In this document: one piece after another, positions 55,365 to 64,000 of the stretch
Layout: each line of letters begins with the position of its first letter
Position numbering within the stretch: position 1 is the first letter of the stretch
DNA from: an uncultured Bacteroidales bacterium
Lineage (GTDB): Bacteria > Bacteroidota > Bacteroidia > Bacteroidales > JAFGXI01
Reading direction: 5' to 3'
Length of the DNA: 64,000 nucleotides
Assembly: GCA_947311115.1 (NCBI GenBank)
Contig: CAMZKE010000029.1
Location: 10,385 to 74,384 of the forward strand
The notes under the pieces: model-generated
Database searches by the model: none
What the model was told of the DNA's origin: nothing
Seen by the model: the letters and a program-made list of their open reading frames with translations, nothing else
Position numbers and translations under genes: made by a program

Positions 55365-56021
55365 TTAAAATTTTAAACTTTTTAAATTCGCTATAGTATT
55401 TTCAGGATTTTCAGATTTAAAAACAAAACTTCCGGCAACAAGTGCATCAGCCCCCATTTCTATAAGTTTTTCAGCATTAGTGTTATCAACACCACCATCA
55501 ATTTCAATAATTAATTTAGTTTCCTTTTCATCTGCAATTTCGCGTAAGCGAGCAATTTTTGAATAAGTATTTTCTATATATTTTTGGCCGCCAAACCCCG
55601 GATTTACCGACATAAGTAGAACTAAATCAACATCATCAATAATATCGTAAAGTAACTCAACCGATGTATGAGGGTTTAACGAAACTCCGGCTTTCATTCC
55701 ATGCGAATGAATATTTTGAATAGTTCTATGCAAATGTTTGCAAGCTTCGTAATGAACTGTTAAATAATCAGCTCCAACATTTTTGAACTCTTCTATATAT
55801 CTATCAGGGTCAACTATCATTAAATGTACATCTAATGGTTTTTTTGCTAATTTATTAATTGCAGATATTACAGGGAATCCGAATGAAATGTTTGGAACAA
55901 AAACACCATCCATTACATCAATATGAAACCAATCAGCATCACTATTATTAATCATTTCTACATCTCTACCTAAATTATTGAAATCGGCAGACAAAAGCGA
56001 AGGGGAAATTATATGATTCAT
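55365..56021 (-). CDS. rpe: Ribulose-phosphate 3-epimerase
   Basis: 'SPSLLSADF', 'FHIDVMDGVFVPNISFG', 'VNPGFGGQ', 'DGGV'. Confidence 0.92.
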   Translation of the reverse strand: MNHIISPSLLSADFNNLGRDVEMINNSDADWFHIDVMDGVFVPNISFGFPVISAINKLAKKPLDVHLMIVDPDRYIEEFKNVGADYLTVHYEACKHLHRTIQNIHSHGMKAGVSLNPHTSVELLYDIIDDVDLVLLMSVNPGFGGQKYIENTYSKIARLREIADEKETKLIIEIDGGVDNTNAEKLIEMGADALVAGSFVFKSENPENTIANLKSLKF

Positions 56022-56058
56022 TTATCTGTTTTTTTACAAAAGTAATGAAATTAAATAT

Positions 56059-57279
56059 TTATTCATCAATAAATAATAAAGAACTATCGCCATAACTTAA
56101 AAAGCGAAACTCATTATTTAAACTGTAATTGTATATTTTTTCCCAATTATCACCAGTAATGGCTGATATTAAAAGTAATAACGTGCTTTTTGGTTGATGA
56201 AAGTTAGTTATTAAGCCATTTATAAATTTAAATTTATAACCGGGTACAATCATTATTTGAGTTTTAGCATTAATTTGTGATAAATTATTAGTGTTCATAA
56301 AGTCAATAATTGCATTTAGTACAGAAATAGGAGAGAGGTTTGTACTATTTTCGTAAGCGTCCCATTGTTTAATAATAAAATTGTTTGTGTTAATTCCCTC
56401 TAAAATTTGTAAACCTATATAATATATACTTTCAATAGTTCGTACCGAAGTTGTGCCAACTGCAAAAATATTTCCAAAATTTTGTTTAATATTTTCAATT
56501 AAGCTGCGATTAACCGTAAAATGTTCGAAGTGCATAGTGTGTTCGCCAATTGTTTCGCTTTGTACCGGTTTAAACGTGCCTGCTCCAACGTGTAGTGTTA
56601 CATTGCTTAAACTAATGTTTTTCTGTTTTAATGAATCAAAAACATTATTGGTAAAATGCAAGCCGGCAGTTGGTGCTGCAACCGAGCCTTTATGCTCGGA
56701 ATATATGGTTTGATATGTTGTTTTATCTGTTTCTTCCGATTTTCTGTTTAAGTACGGAGGTATTGGGATTTCGCCAATAGCTTCTAAAATACTTGCAAAA
56801 TCTACATTATTATTCCAGCTAAATTCAATTATTATTTCTTTATCTATTTGTGATATTTTATTTGCTATTAATTCAATTTCTTTATTATTAATTTTTATTT
56901 TATTTATTAATTCGCCTTGCTTCCATTTTTTTAGGTTTCCTACAATACATTTCCATTGGCAATTCTTAGTTTCTTGAAATATTAAATTGTAATCGGTAGG
57001 GTTATGAGGCTCTAAACAAAATATTTCGATGTTTGCACCGGTTTCTTTTTTAAAGTGCATTCGTGCTTGTATAACTTTAGTATTGTTATATATAAGTAAT
57101 GAATTATCAGGTAGTTCATCAGATATATTTTTAAATATATTCTCGCTTATTTGCTTATTCTTATAAATTAAAAGTTTAGAACTGTCACGTTCTATTAATG
57201 GATATTTTGCAATTCTCTCGTCAGGAAGACTGTAATTAAAGTCCTCTATATTTATATTTTTTAAATTCTCTATATTCAC
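56059..57279 (-). CDS. queA: S-adenosylmethionine:tRNA ribosyltransferase-isomerase
   Basis: 'DFNYSLPDERIAKYPL..RDSSKLL', 'GSVAAPTAGLHFT', 'VTLHVGAGTFKPV', 'AVGTTSVRTIES', 'FRFLSYGDS'. GTG start. Longer than typical QueA. Confidence 0.85.
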   Translation of the reverse strand: MNIENLKNINIEDFNYSLPDERIAKYPLIERDSSKLLIYKNKQISENIFKNISDELPDNSLLIYNNTKVIQARMHFKKETGANIEIFCLEPHNPTDYNLIFQETKNCQWKCIVGNLKKWKQGELINKIKINNKEIELIANKISQIDKEIIIEFSWNNNVDFASILEAIGEIPIPPYLNRKSEETDKTTYQTIYSEHKGSVAAPTAGLHFTNNVFDSLKQKNISLSNVTLHVGAGTFKPVQSETIGEHTMHFEHFTVNRSLIENIKQNFGNIFAVGTTSVRTIESIYYIGLQILEGINTNNFIIKQWDAYENSTNLSPISVLNAIIDFMNTNNLSQINAKTQIMIVPGYKFKFINGLITNFHQPKSTLLLLISAITGDNWEKIYNYSLNNEFRFLSYGDSSLLFIDE

Positions 57280-57382
57280 GCCTTTTATTCTCTACTTATT
57301 ATTTTCCTCTTATATTTTAATCTGTTTGGGTTTAATTCCCCGTCCCTTGGGACGTATAAAAGAATAGTATTCCAAAACGATA

Positions 57383-57403
57383 CCTCGTCCGATTGCGGCG
57401 AGG
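57383..57403 (-). terminator. GC-rich hairpin just after the xth stop
   Basis: CCTCG(T)CCG-ATTG-CGGCGAGG, followed on the minus strand by a partly U-rich stretch (TATCGTTTTGG). Confidence 0.45.
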
Positions 57404-57407
57404 AGAT

Positions 57408-58178
57408 TCATTTTTCTAATTTTAATTCAACCGTAACAGGGCAGTGGTCAGAATGATGAACCTCAGGCATTATGTATGCATTAGTAATTCTATCTTTAAG
57501 TGCGTTACTTACCATGTGGTAATCAATACGCCAGCCAACGTTTCTTGGTCTAGAATTTGCTCGGTAACTCCACCACGAGTATTTTTCGGCACTATCATCA
57601 AACATTCTAAAGCTATCAACAAAACCACTTTCTAAAAAGTTTGTAACCCATTCGCGTTCTTCAGGTAAAAAGCCGGAAACACCTTTTTTGTTTTTCGGGT
57701 TATTTATGTCAATTTCTTTATGGCATATATTATAGTCGCCACAAAGAATAATATTTTTCTGCGTTTTTTGTAGCTCGTTTGTGTATTTTTGCACATCGGC
57801 AAGGTATTCCATTTTGTAATCTTGACGAGGACCTCCTGCTGTTCCACTAGGAAAATATGAATTTATTAATGTGAAATCTTTAAAATCAGCACGTAAAAAG
57901 CGACCTTCATCATCGTATTTTTTAATGTCAATACCATATTCTATATTATTCGGTTCTATTTTAGTAAATATTGCCACACTGCTATAACCTTTTTTTTGTG
58001 CAGAAAACCAATATTGATGATATCCAAGTTCTGTAAATACGCCAATATCTAACTGTTCTTTATGAGCTTTAGTTTCCTGAATACATATTATATCAGGATT
58101 CTCTTCTTTAAGCCATTCAATAAAGCCTTTTTTTATTGCTGCTCTTATTCCGTTTACATTATATGATATTATTTTCAT
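57408..58178 (-). CDS. xth: Exodeoxyribonuclease III
   Basis: 'MKIISYNVNGIRAA', 'ICIQETK', 'GDYNICH', 'WRIDY', 'SDHCPV'. ATG 58176-58178 is preferred over the GTG at 58208, which lies inside the repeat array. Confidence 0.9.
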   Translation of the reverse strand: MKIISYNVNGIRAAIKKGFIEWLKEENPDIICIQETKAHKEQLDIGVFTELGYHQYWFSAQKKGYSSVAIFTKIEPNNIEYGIDIKKYDDEGRFLRADFKDFTLINSYFPSGTAGGPRQDYKMEYLADVQKYTNELQKTQKNIILCGDYNICHKEIDINNPKNKKGVSGFLPEEREWVTNFLESGFVDSFRMFDDSAEKYSWWSYRANSRPRNVGWRIDYHMVSNALKDRITNAYIMPEVHHSDHCPVTVELKLEK

Positions 58179-58201
58179 CTTATTTCTGTTATTAAATTTA
58201 T

Positions 58202-58334
58202 ATCTCACATCTCATATCTCAAGTCTCAAGTCTCACATCTCACATCTCACATCTCAAGTCTCACATCTCACATCTCAAATCTCACATCTCAAATCTCATA
58301 TCTCAAGTCTCACATCTCAAATCTCACATCTCAC
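58202..58334. repeat. 19 tandem copies of the heptanucleotide [A/G]TCTCA[C/A/T]
   Basis: Counted directly from the sequence. The minus strand reads (TGAGA-NN)19. Two degenerate copies extend into the rsmI stop codon. Confidence 0.95.
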
Positions 58335-58336
58335 AT

Positions 58337-59011
58337 CTACTTCTCACCTTCAATAATTATAACTATTTCTCCTTTTACTGTTTTTGCTTCAAAGTAGATA
58401 ATAAGCTCAGCAAGTGTTCCTCTAGCATTTTCTTCGTGTAGTTTACTTAATTCTCTTGATACTGATGCCAATCTGTTTTCGCCTAAATATTCGGCAAATT
58501 GTTTAAGAGCTTTTACTAAGCGATGTGGTGATTCGTAAAAAATCATTGTTTTTTTCTCGCCAATAAGTGCTTTAAGTCTTGTTTGTCGTCCTTTTTTTTG
58601 TGGTAAAAAGCCTTCAAAAACAAATCTGTCGTTTGGTAAACCAGAGTTTACAAGAGCAGGTATTAAAGCGGTAGCTCCGGGTAAAGTTTCTACTTCAATG
58701 TCGTTTTTTATACATTCTCTAACAATTAAAAAGCCGGGGTCTGATATTGCAGGAGTACCTGCGTCTGAAATTAATGCAATATTCTCGCCACTGTTTATCC
58801 TATTTATAATATTGTCTAAACTCTTATGTTCGTTAAATTTATGATGAGCAATTACATGTTTTCCCGATATTTGGTAGTGTCTCAAAAGTTTTGACGATGT
58901 ACGAGTATCCTCTGCAAGTATTACATCTACTTCTTTAAGTACTTCAATTGCTCTGTATGTTATATCCTTTAAATTCCCTATTGGAGTAGGAACTATGTAT
59001 AATTTACTCAT
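58337..59011 (-). CDS. rsmI: 16S rRNA (cytidine1402-2'-O)-methyltransferase
   Basis: 'LYIVPTPIGNLKDITYRA...ILAEDTR', 'SDAGTPAISDPG', 'LPGATA'. Confidence 0.9.
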   Translation of the reverse strand: MSKLYIVPTPIGNLKDITYRAIEVLKEVDVILAEDTRTSSKLLRHYQISGKHVIAHHKFNEHKSLDNIINRINSGENIALISDAGTPAISDPGFLIVRECIKNDIEVETLPGATALIPALVNSGLPNDRFVFEGFLPQKKGRQTRLKALIGEKKTMIFYESPHRLVKALKQFAEYLGENRLASVSRELSKLHEENARGTLAELIIYFEAKTVKGEIVIIIEGEK

Positions 59012-59333
59012 TTTTATATGAATTTGTGCAAAGATAGTATTTTATTAAAATATTTTGTTAATTAACTACTTTTATAAAATATGACTAACTGTTTGAAAAT
59101 CAGTTGATAATGTGTAGTGAGAGTGTGCGTTGCAACTGCTTGATTATTAAAAGATTCTGAAATGTGATAGCTTGAAATGTACTATTTACGGTACTTTTAG
59201 AGTCGGAGTTATTAACATTTTAGCTATTTTATTAACAAAATGTACTTTTTTTTGGTGGAAAATTTGTGTAGTAGCTGAATTCCCCTATATTTGCTGATGT
59301 AAACAAATTATTATTAACTTAAAATTTTTTAAA

Positions 59334-59606
59334 ATGAACAAAGCTCAATTAATCGACGCTATGGCTGAAAATGCTGGTTTAACTAAAGCTGATGCAAAAA
59401 AAGCATTAGACGGATTTATTAATGCTACAACTGGTGCACTTTCTAATGGTGACAGAGTTGCTTTAGTAGGATTTGGTTCTTTCTCTATTTCTAATAGAAA
59501 AGCAAGAACAGGTCGTAATCCTCAAACTGGTAAAGAAATTTCTATCCCAGCTAAAAACGTTGTTAAATTTAAAGCAGGTGCAGAATTATCTGACAAAGTT
59601 AAATAA
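59334..59606 (+). CDS. hup: HU-family DNA-binding protein
   Basis: 'MNKAQLIDAMA', 'GFGSFSISNRKARTGRNPQTGKEI'. A TATATTTG -7 box lies about 30 nt upstream. Confidence 0.92.
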   Translation: MNKAQLIDAMAENAGLTKADAKKALDGFINATTGALSNGDRVALVGFGSFSISNRKARTGRNPQTGKEISIPAKNVVKFKAGAELSDKVK

Positions 59607-59628
59607 GCATACGTATTTAATAAAATTT

Positions 59629-59655
59629 AAAGAGGCTTTAGTAGCCTCTTTTTTT
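59629..59655 (+). terminator. Rho-independent terminator of hup
   Basis: AAAGAGGC-TTTAGTA-GCCTCTTT followed by a T-run. Confidence 0.8.
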
Positions 59656-59750
59656 ATGTTTGAAATTTTACTAAATAAATATTGTTAAAAATTGTTTTAA
59701 CAGCTTAAAATAATTGCTTTTAATATTAATAAATTTCTTATCTTTGCACG

Positions 59751-60551
59751 ATGTTTAAAAAAATGGGTAAAATAATATTGTTGATTATTGTATTTGCTTT
59801 AGTGTCAACTTCTTGTAGTAATTATCAGCGGCTTTTAAAAAGTACTGATTATAATTTAAAATATACAGAAGGTATTAAATACTATGAAAAAGAAGATTAT
59901 TATAGAGCCAAAACATTATTTGAAGAGCTAATTCCTATTTTAAGAGGCACAATAAAATCTGAAAAAATATATTATTATTATGCATACTGTAATTTTAATT
60001 TAGGTGATCAGGTTTTAGCAGGATATTATTTTAAAAATTTCGCACGAACTTATCCAAATAGTAAACATATAGAAGAAGCTGAATATATGAGTGCATATTG
60101 TCAGTTTTTAAATTCTCCTGAACCTGAATTAGACCAAACATACACTCACAAAGCATTGCAGGAATTTCAATATTTTATTAATAAATATCCAAATAGTAAG
60201 TATATTCCTGATTGTAATAAATATGTTGATCGGTTAAGGAAAAAGCTTGAAGATAAAGCTTTTATATCTTCAAAATTATACTATAACTTAGGAGATTATA
60301 AGGCAGCTGTTGTTGTTTTGGATAATACTTTAAACGATTTTCCTGATACCGATTATCGTGAGGAATTACTATATTTGTCGGTAAAAGCAAATTATAAATT
60401 AGCCGAAGGAAGTGTTTATAGAAAACAAAAGGAAAGATATCAAAATACAATAGATGCATATTATACATTTGTAGATGAGTATCCTGAATCAGAATATACA
60501 AAAGATGTGAAAAAAATGTATAAAGATTCAATTAATAGAATAAAAAAATAA
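59751..60551 (+). CDS. bamD: Outer-membrane protein assembly factor BamD (TPR lipoprotein)
   Basis: Lipobox 'STSC'. TPR-like repeats 'YYEKEDYYRAKTLFEEL' and 'YYNLGDYKAAV'. A TATCTTTG box lies just upstream. Confidence 0.8.
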   Translation: MFKKMGKIILLIIVFALVSTSCSNYQRLLKSTDYNLKYTEGIKYYEKEDYYRAKTLFEELIPILRGTIKSEKIYYYYAYCNFNLGDQVLAGYYFKNFARTYPNSKHIEEAEYMSAYCQFLNSPEPELDQTYTHKALQEFQYFINKYPNSKYIPDCNKYVDRLRKKLEDKAFISSKLYYNLGDYKAAVVVLDNTLNDFPDTDYREELLYLSVKANYKLAEGSVYRKQKERYQNTIDAYYTFVDEYPESEYTKDVKKMYKDSINRIKK

Positions 60552-60562
60552 ATAATTATTAT

Positions 60563-60895
60563 ATGGATTACAAAAAAACTAATGCCCCAAACAGTACTGT
60601 TTCTAGAAATATTGTAGATCTTGCAGAGCAAACAGGTAATATTTACGAAACGGTTGTTGTTGTTGCAAAAAGAGCAAATCAAATTTCTGTTGAGATAAAA
60701 GAAGAGTTAAGCAATAAACTTAACGAATTTGCATCTTATACTGATAATTTAGAAGAGATTTTTGAAAATAGAGAGCAAATAGAAATTTCTAAATTCTATG
60801 AGAAATTACCTAAACCTGCTTTAATTGCTTTAGAAGAATATGTTAATGAGCAAATATATTTTAGAAATCCGTTAAAAGACAAACGTCCAGAATAA
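60563..60895 (+). CDS. rpoZ: RNA polymerase omega subunit (Bacteroidota type)
   Basis: 'NIYETVVVVAKRANQI' core. Conserved bamD-rpoZ-coaBC neighbourhood. Confidence 0.7.
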   Translation: MDYKKTNAPNSTVSRNIVDLAEQTGNIYETVVVVAKRANQISVEIKEELSNKLNEFASYTDNLEEIFENREQIEISKFYEKLPKPALIALEEYVNEQIYFRNPLKDKRPE

Positions 60896-60902
60896 ATAAA
60901 TT

Positions 60903-62105
60903 ATGTCTGCATTAGAAGGCAAGAATGTAATTCTTGGAATAACCGGTGGTATTGCGGCTTATAAATCAGCATTTTTAACACGTTTGTTGGTTAAAGAAGG
61001 TGCTGATGTTAAAGTTATTATGACTCCTAATGCAAAGGAATTTATTACAGCTTTAACACTCGCTACACTCAGTAAAAATATTGTGTATAGCGAGTTTTTT
61101 AATTCTCAAAACGGCGATTGGAATAGCCATGTAGATTTAGGATTATGGGCTGATTTAATGATTATTGCTCCTGCTACAGCCTCAACAATGGGTAAAATGG
61201 TAAATGGTATTGCCGATAATTTATTGGTAACATCATATTTATCCGCCAGATGTCCAGTATATATTGCACCTGCAATGGATTTAGATATGTACAAGCATCA
61301 ATCAACCAAAAATAATATTGAAATTCTAAAATCATACGGCAATTTTATTATTGAACCACCAACAGGGGAGTTGGCTAGTGGTTTAGATGGTAAAGGTAGG
61401 ATGGAAGAGCCTGAGAATATTATCAATATAATTAATAATAGTTTGTCGGTATCGCAAAATTATAAAGGCAAAAATGTATTAATTACGGCAGGCCCAACCT
61501 TCGAAAAAATAGATCCTGTTCGTTTTATTGGTAATTACTCTAGCGGAAAAATGGGTTATGCTATTGCTGAAGAAATTGCAAAACAAGGAGCTAAAGTTAC
61601 TTTAATTAGCGGACCAACTAGTTTAGATGTCATTAACAAAAATATTAATGTTATTAATATTGAGTCTGCAGACCAAATGTATAAAGCATCGGTAAAACAT
61701 TTTAAGAATACCGATATTGCTATTATGGTAGCGGCTGTAGCCGATTTTACACCAATAAATAAGGCTGATAATAAAATTAAACGCGAAAAAGATAATCTTA
61801 AAATAGAATTACAACCAACAAAAGATATTGCTGCTGAGCTTGGTAAACAAAAAAACAATAATCAAATTATTGTTGGATTTGCTCTTGAAACACAAGACGA
61901 AACAAAAAATGCTGCAAGTAAATTAAAACGAAAAAACCTTGATTTTATAGTGCTAAACTCGTTAAACGATATAGGTTCGGGGTTTAAAACTGATACAAAT
62001 AAGATAACAATTATTGATAAGAACAATAAAATAACTAAATTTGGGTTAAAAAGTAAAACCGATGTCGCTGTTGACATAGTTAATTATCTATCAAAAAAAA
62101 TATAA
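60903..62105 (+). CDS. coaBC: Bifunctional phosphopantothenoylcysteine decarboxylase / phosphopantothenate-cysteine ligase
   Basis: 'GKNVILGITGGIAAYK', 'IIAPATASTMGK', 'VLITAGPTFEKIDPVRFIGNYSSGKMG', 'AAVADF'. Confidence 0.92.
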   Translation: MSALEGKNVILGITGGIAAYKSAFLTRLLVKEGADVKVIMTPNAKEFITALTLATLSKNIVYSEFFNSQNGDWNSHVDLGLWADLMIIAPATASTMGKMVNGIADNLLVTSYLSARCPVYIAPAMDLDMYKHQSTKNNIEILKSYGNFIIEPPTGELASGLDGKGRMEEPENIINIINNSLSVSQNYKGKNVLITAGPTFEKIDPVRFIGNYSSGKMGYAIAEEIAKQGAKVTLISGPTSLDVINKNINVINIESADQMYKASVKHFKNTDIAIMVAAVADFTPINKADNKIKREKDNLKIELQPTKDIAAELGKQKNNNQIIVGFALETQDETKNAASKLKRKNLDFIVLNSLNDIGSGFKTDTNKITIIDKNNKITKFGLKSKTDVAVDIVNYLSKKI

Positions 62106-63010
62106 TGAGGATATTCATTGTTTTAATAATATTAGCTTTCAGTTACACCTCTTTTTCGCAAGAACTAAAGTGTAGAGTGCAAGTTAATGCCCAAAAAATT
62201 CAAGGAACTAATAAGCAAAAATTCGAAAATATGCAGAAAGCTATTTACGAATTTATGAATAATACAAAATGGACAAATAATATATATTCTATTGATGAAA
62301 GAATTGAATGTACAATTCAAATAAATTTAACCGAAGAGGTGGGGTCTGATAGGTATAAAGGTACTATGCAAATACAGTCTAACCGCCCCGTTTTTGGCTC
62401 TAGTTATAATTCGGTATTACTAAATTTTAGAGATGCTGATATTGAATTTTCTTATGTTGAGTTTCAAGCAATGGATTTTAATGAAAATTCATTTATTTCA
62501 AATTTAACATCTGTTTGTGCATATTATGCTTATTTAATTATTGGCTTCGATTACGATTCTTTTTCAGACCATGGAGGCGGTGAGTACTTTACTAAAGCAG
62601 AGAAAATTGTGCAAAATGCACAAAATTCAGGAGTTAAAGGTTGGAAAGCATTTGAAAATAAAAGAAATAGGTATTGGATTATAGAAAATGTTTTAAATAG
62701 TAAATACGACCCTGTTCGTACTTTTATGTATCAATATCATAGAATGGGCTTAGATTTAATGTCAACCCAACTGATAAAAGGAAGGCAAACAATAGCAGAA
62801 AGTTTTAAATTATTACAAAAAGTATATAGAGATAAACCTGATGCTCAAATGGCATATTTGTCGGTGATATTTGATGCAAAAGCCGACGAATTTGCAAATA
62901 TTTTTACAGAGGCTTTTCCTGATGAGAAAAATAGAGTTTATACCATTTTAACCGAAATAAATCCTTCAAATACTAATAAGTATAAAAAGATTAAAGAAAA
63001 TAAGAATTAG
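62105..63010 (+). CDS. DUF4835-family protein (PorD-like, T9SS-associated)
   Basis: Signal peptide then 'LKCRVQVNAQKIQGTNKQKFENMQKAIYEFMNNTKWT'. Conserved position after coaBC. Confidence 0.65.
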   Translation: MRIFIVLIILAFSYTSFSQELKCRVQVNAQKIQGTNKQKFENMQKAIYEFMNNTKWTNNIYSIDERIECTIQINLTEEVGSDRYKGTMQIQSNRPVFGSSYNSVLLNFRDADIEFSYVEFQAMDFNENSFISNLTSVCAYYAYLIIGFDYDSFSDHGGGEYFTKAEKIVQNAQNSGVKGWKAFENKRNRYWIIENVLNSKYDPVRTFMYQYHRMGLDLMSTQLIKGRQTIAESFKLLQKVYRDKPDAQMAYLSVIFDAKADEFANIFTEAFPDEKNRVYTILTEINPSNTNKYKKIKENKN

Positions 63011-63023
63011 ATGGTGATTTCTT

Positions 63024-64000
63024 TTATAATTTAACAAATTTAGCCACTTCATCGCCAATTTTCACAAAGTAAACACCTTTTTGTAAGTTAGAAACATTTA
63101 ATGTAATAGTAAATCCCCCTAAACCCCCTTTAATAAGGGGGAATTGCTTCGTTTTGGTATTTGTGGTGTTATTTACTTTGTTGCTCGTAACAAGCCTACC
63201 ATATACATCGTAAACAATAACATCAAAGATGTTATTAGTTCCCTCTCCTTTGGAGAGGGTTATGGTGAGGCTCTCATTTACTGGATTAGGATAAACAACA
63301 AACTCATTTTCTTCTTCTCTCACAATACTAGGCACACTTACCATTGGGCAAGTAAATTCAGTACCATCGCAACCCAAACTATCGGTTTTTATTAAAAACA
63401 TTTGTTGTTCGTATGGGTGGTTAAATACATAAGTGAAGTATCCCCAACCTCCTATTAAAAAACCTCCGTTATCTGTTTTTTGTATTGTTGTTGGATATTC
63501 TTGTTGTGGATAAGGGTGTGGATCAATATTACATCTAGCACAATACTGTTTTGACCAAATAGTATCTCCTTCTGAATTAAATTTATAAAGTTTTGTAACT
63601 ATTGCAGAACCATCAATATCAATTTTTTCATTTCCTGTAACATAAAAACCCCCATTATCTAACTCAATTATACTACTGAAAAAACAATAAACACTATCAG
63701 ATGTAAGATATAAGCGTTTCCTATAAGTTTTATCCCAAAGTATATTGCCATTTATATCAAATTTCATTATTCTACCATCAAATTTAGTACCTCCCGCATC
63801 TCGATAAACGGCTTTACCACCTACTACAACAAAACAACTGTCTTTGGTCTCAATTATATCCATTGCACTACCATCGTTTAAATTAGGGTTACCTGGGTGT
63901 AGCCACCAATCTAAATTACCTAAACTATCGGTTTTTACTATATACCAATCTTGTTTGTATATGGCTGAACCTATAAAAGTATGTCCTATTGAAATTATTG
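63024..64000 (-). CDS. Secreted repeat protein with T9SS C-terminal sorting domain, 5'-truncated by window edge
   Basis: Frame is open to nt 64000. Repeats 'GGF.VTG' and 'D..G..IW.K.Y'. CTD 'VVYPNPVNESLTITL...VYDVYGRLV...LQKGVYFVKIGDEVAKFVKL'. Confidence 0.7.
   Translation of the reverse strand, partial: IISIGHTFIGSAIYKQDWYIVKTDSLGNLDWWLHPGNPNLNDGSAMDIIETKDSCFVVVGGKAVYRDAGGTKFDGRIMKFDINGNILWDKTYRKRLYLTSDSVYCFFSSIIELDNGGFYVTGNEKIDIDGSAIVTKLYKFNSEGDTIWSKQYCARCNIDPHPYPQQEYPTTIQKTDNGGFLIGGWGYFTYVFNHPYEQQMFLIKTDSLGCDGTEFTCPMVSVPSIVREEENEFVVYPNPVNESLTITLSKGEGTNNIFDVIVYDVYGRLVTSNKVNNTTNTKTKQFPLIKGGLGGFTITLNVSNLQKGVYFVKIGDEVAKFVKL

Noticed and set aside
57280-57407. Possible riboswitch or sRNA (for example preQ1-type) in the xth-queA spacer, which has two GC-rich hairpins
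   Set aside because: I could not recognise any preQ1 or other riboswitch consensus. The first hairpin sits directly after the xth stop and is adequately explained as a terminator. The second is only 5 bp.
58179-58208. N-terminal extension of xth ('MRYKFNNRNK', GTG start at 58208) given by the ORF track
   Set aside because: The GTG lies inside the heptamer repeat. The ATG at 58176-58178 gives the canonical 'MKIISYNVNG' Xth N-terminus.
58202-58334. CRISPR array
   Set aside because: The repeat unit is only 7 nt with no unique spacers, and no cas genes lie nearby. It is a tandem heptamer array.
59012-59333. Unusually long (about 320 nt) non-coding stretch upstream of hup, as a possible sRNA (6S, SRP or RNase P)
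   Set aside because: No diagnostic conserved motifs of those RNAs were seen, only a weak 6-bp inverted repeat (CAGTTG...CAACTG). A TATATTTG -7 box near 59296 explains the promoter-proximal part. The evidence is insufficient to call a feature.
59473-59688. 71-aa ORF overlapping the 3' half of hup and its terminator
   Set aside because: It is an alternative frame of a highly conserved HU gene and runs through the terminator hairpin, so it is implausible as a gene.

Overview
AT-rich Bacteroidota chromosome segment. Phylum evidence: gldH, T9SS C-terminal sorting domains, a DUF4835/PorD-like gene, TAnnTTTG -7 promoter boxes, tmRNA tag GENNFALAA. All calls come from reading motifs by eye; no searches or folding programs were run. 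Layout: (i) 1.2-12.2 kb, minus strand: a 13-gene operon. It joins Mrp-antiporter-like subunits (E, F, G, DUF4040, B, C, two D-like) to NuoH/B/C/D-like subunits, in the order of the archaeal mbxABCDFGHH'MJKLN operon. It ends in a NuoI-type ferredoxin fused to a GltD-like NAD(P)H/FAD module. The catalytic-subunit and NuoB-like Cys patterns are non-canonical. (ii) 12.4-29.9 kb: a YfhO-type membrane protein, a decayed FG-GAP/T9SS pseudogene, and a long minus-strand surface-polysaccharide locus. That locus has two GT4, a flippase, two methyltransferases, a sulfotransferase, an SGNH esterase, deacetylase-like proteins, a TonB-dependent-receptor-like barrel and a MORN-repeat protein. (iii) 30-35.3 kb: housekeeping genes, including a YbiT-like ABC-F ATPase with a degenerate second ATP site, a DjlA-like protein, ZupT and NadE. 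(iv) 35.3-53.5 kb: a metal-resistance island between a truncated ktrB/trkH remnant and the 3' end of ssrA (tmRNA). It holds czc-like and cus-like RND systems (one with pump and outer-membrane factor fused in frame), HMA-AraC and Fur-family regulators, a duplicated palindromic operator, and a GDCCVxC Cys-rich protein. It also holds a CDF-type transporter whose predicted metal-ligand Cys codon is an in-frame TGA followed by a nested hairpin (selenocysteine candidate). (v) 53.6-64 kb: core genes (rpe, queA, xth, rsmI, hup, bamD, rpoZ, coaBC) with a 19-copy heptanucleotide array filling the rsmI-xth spacer.
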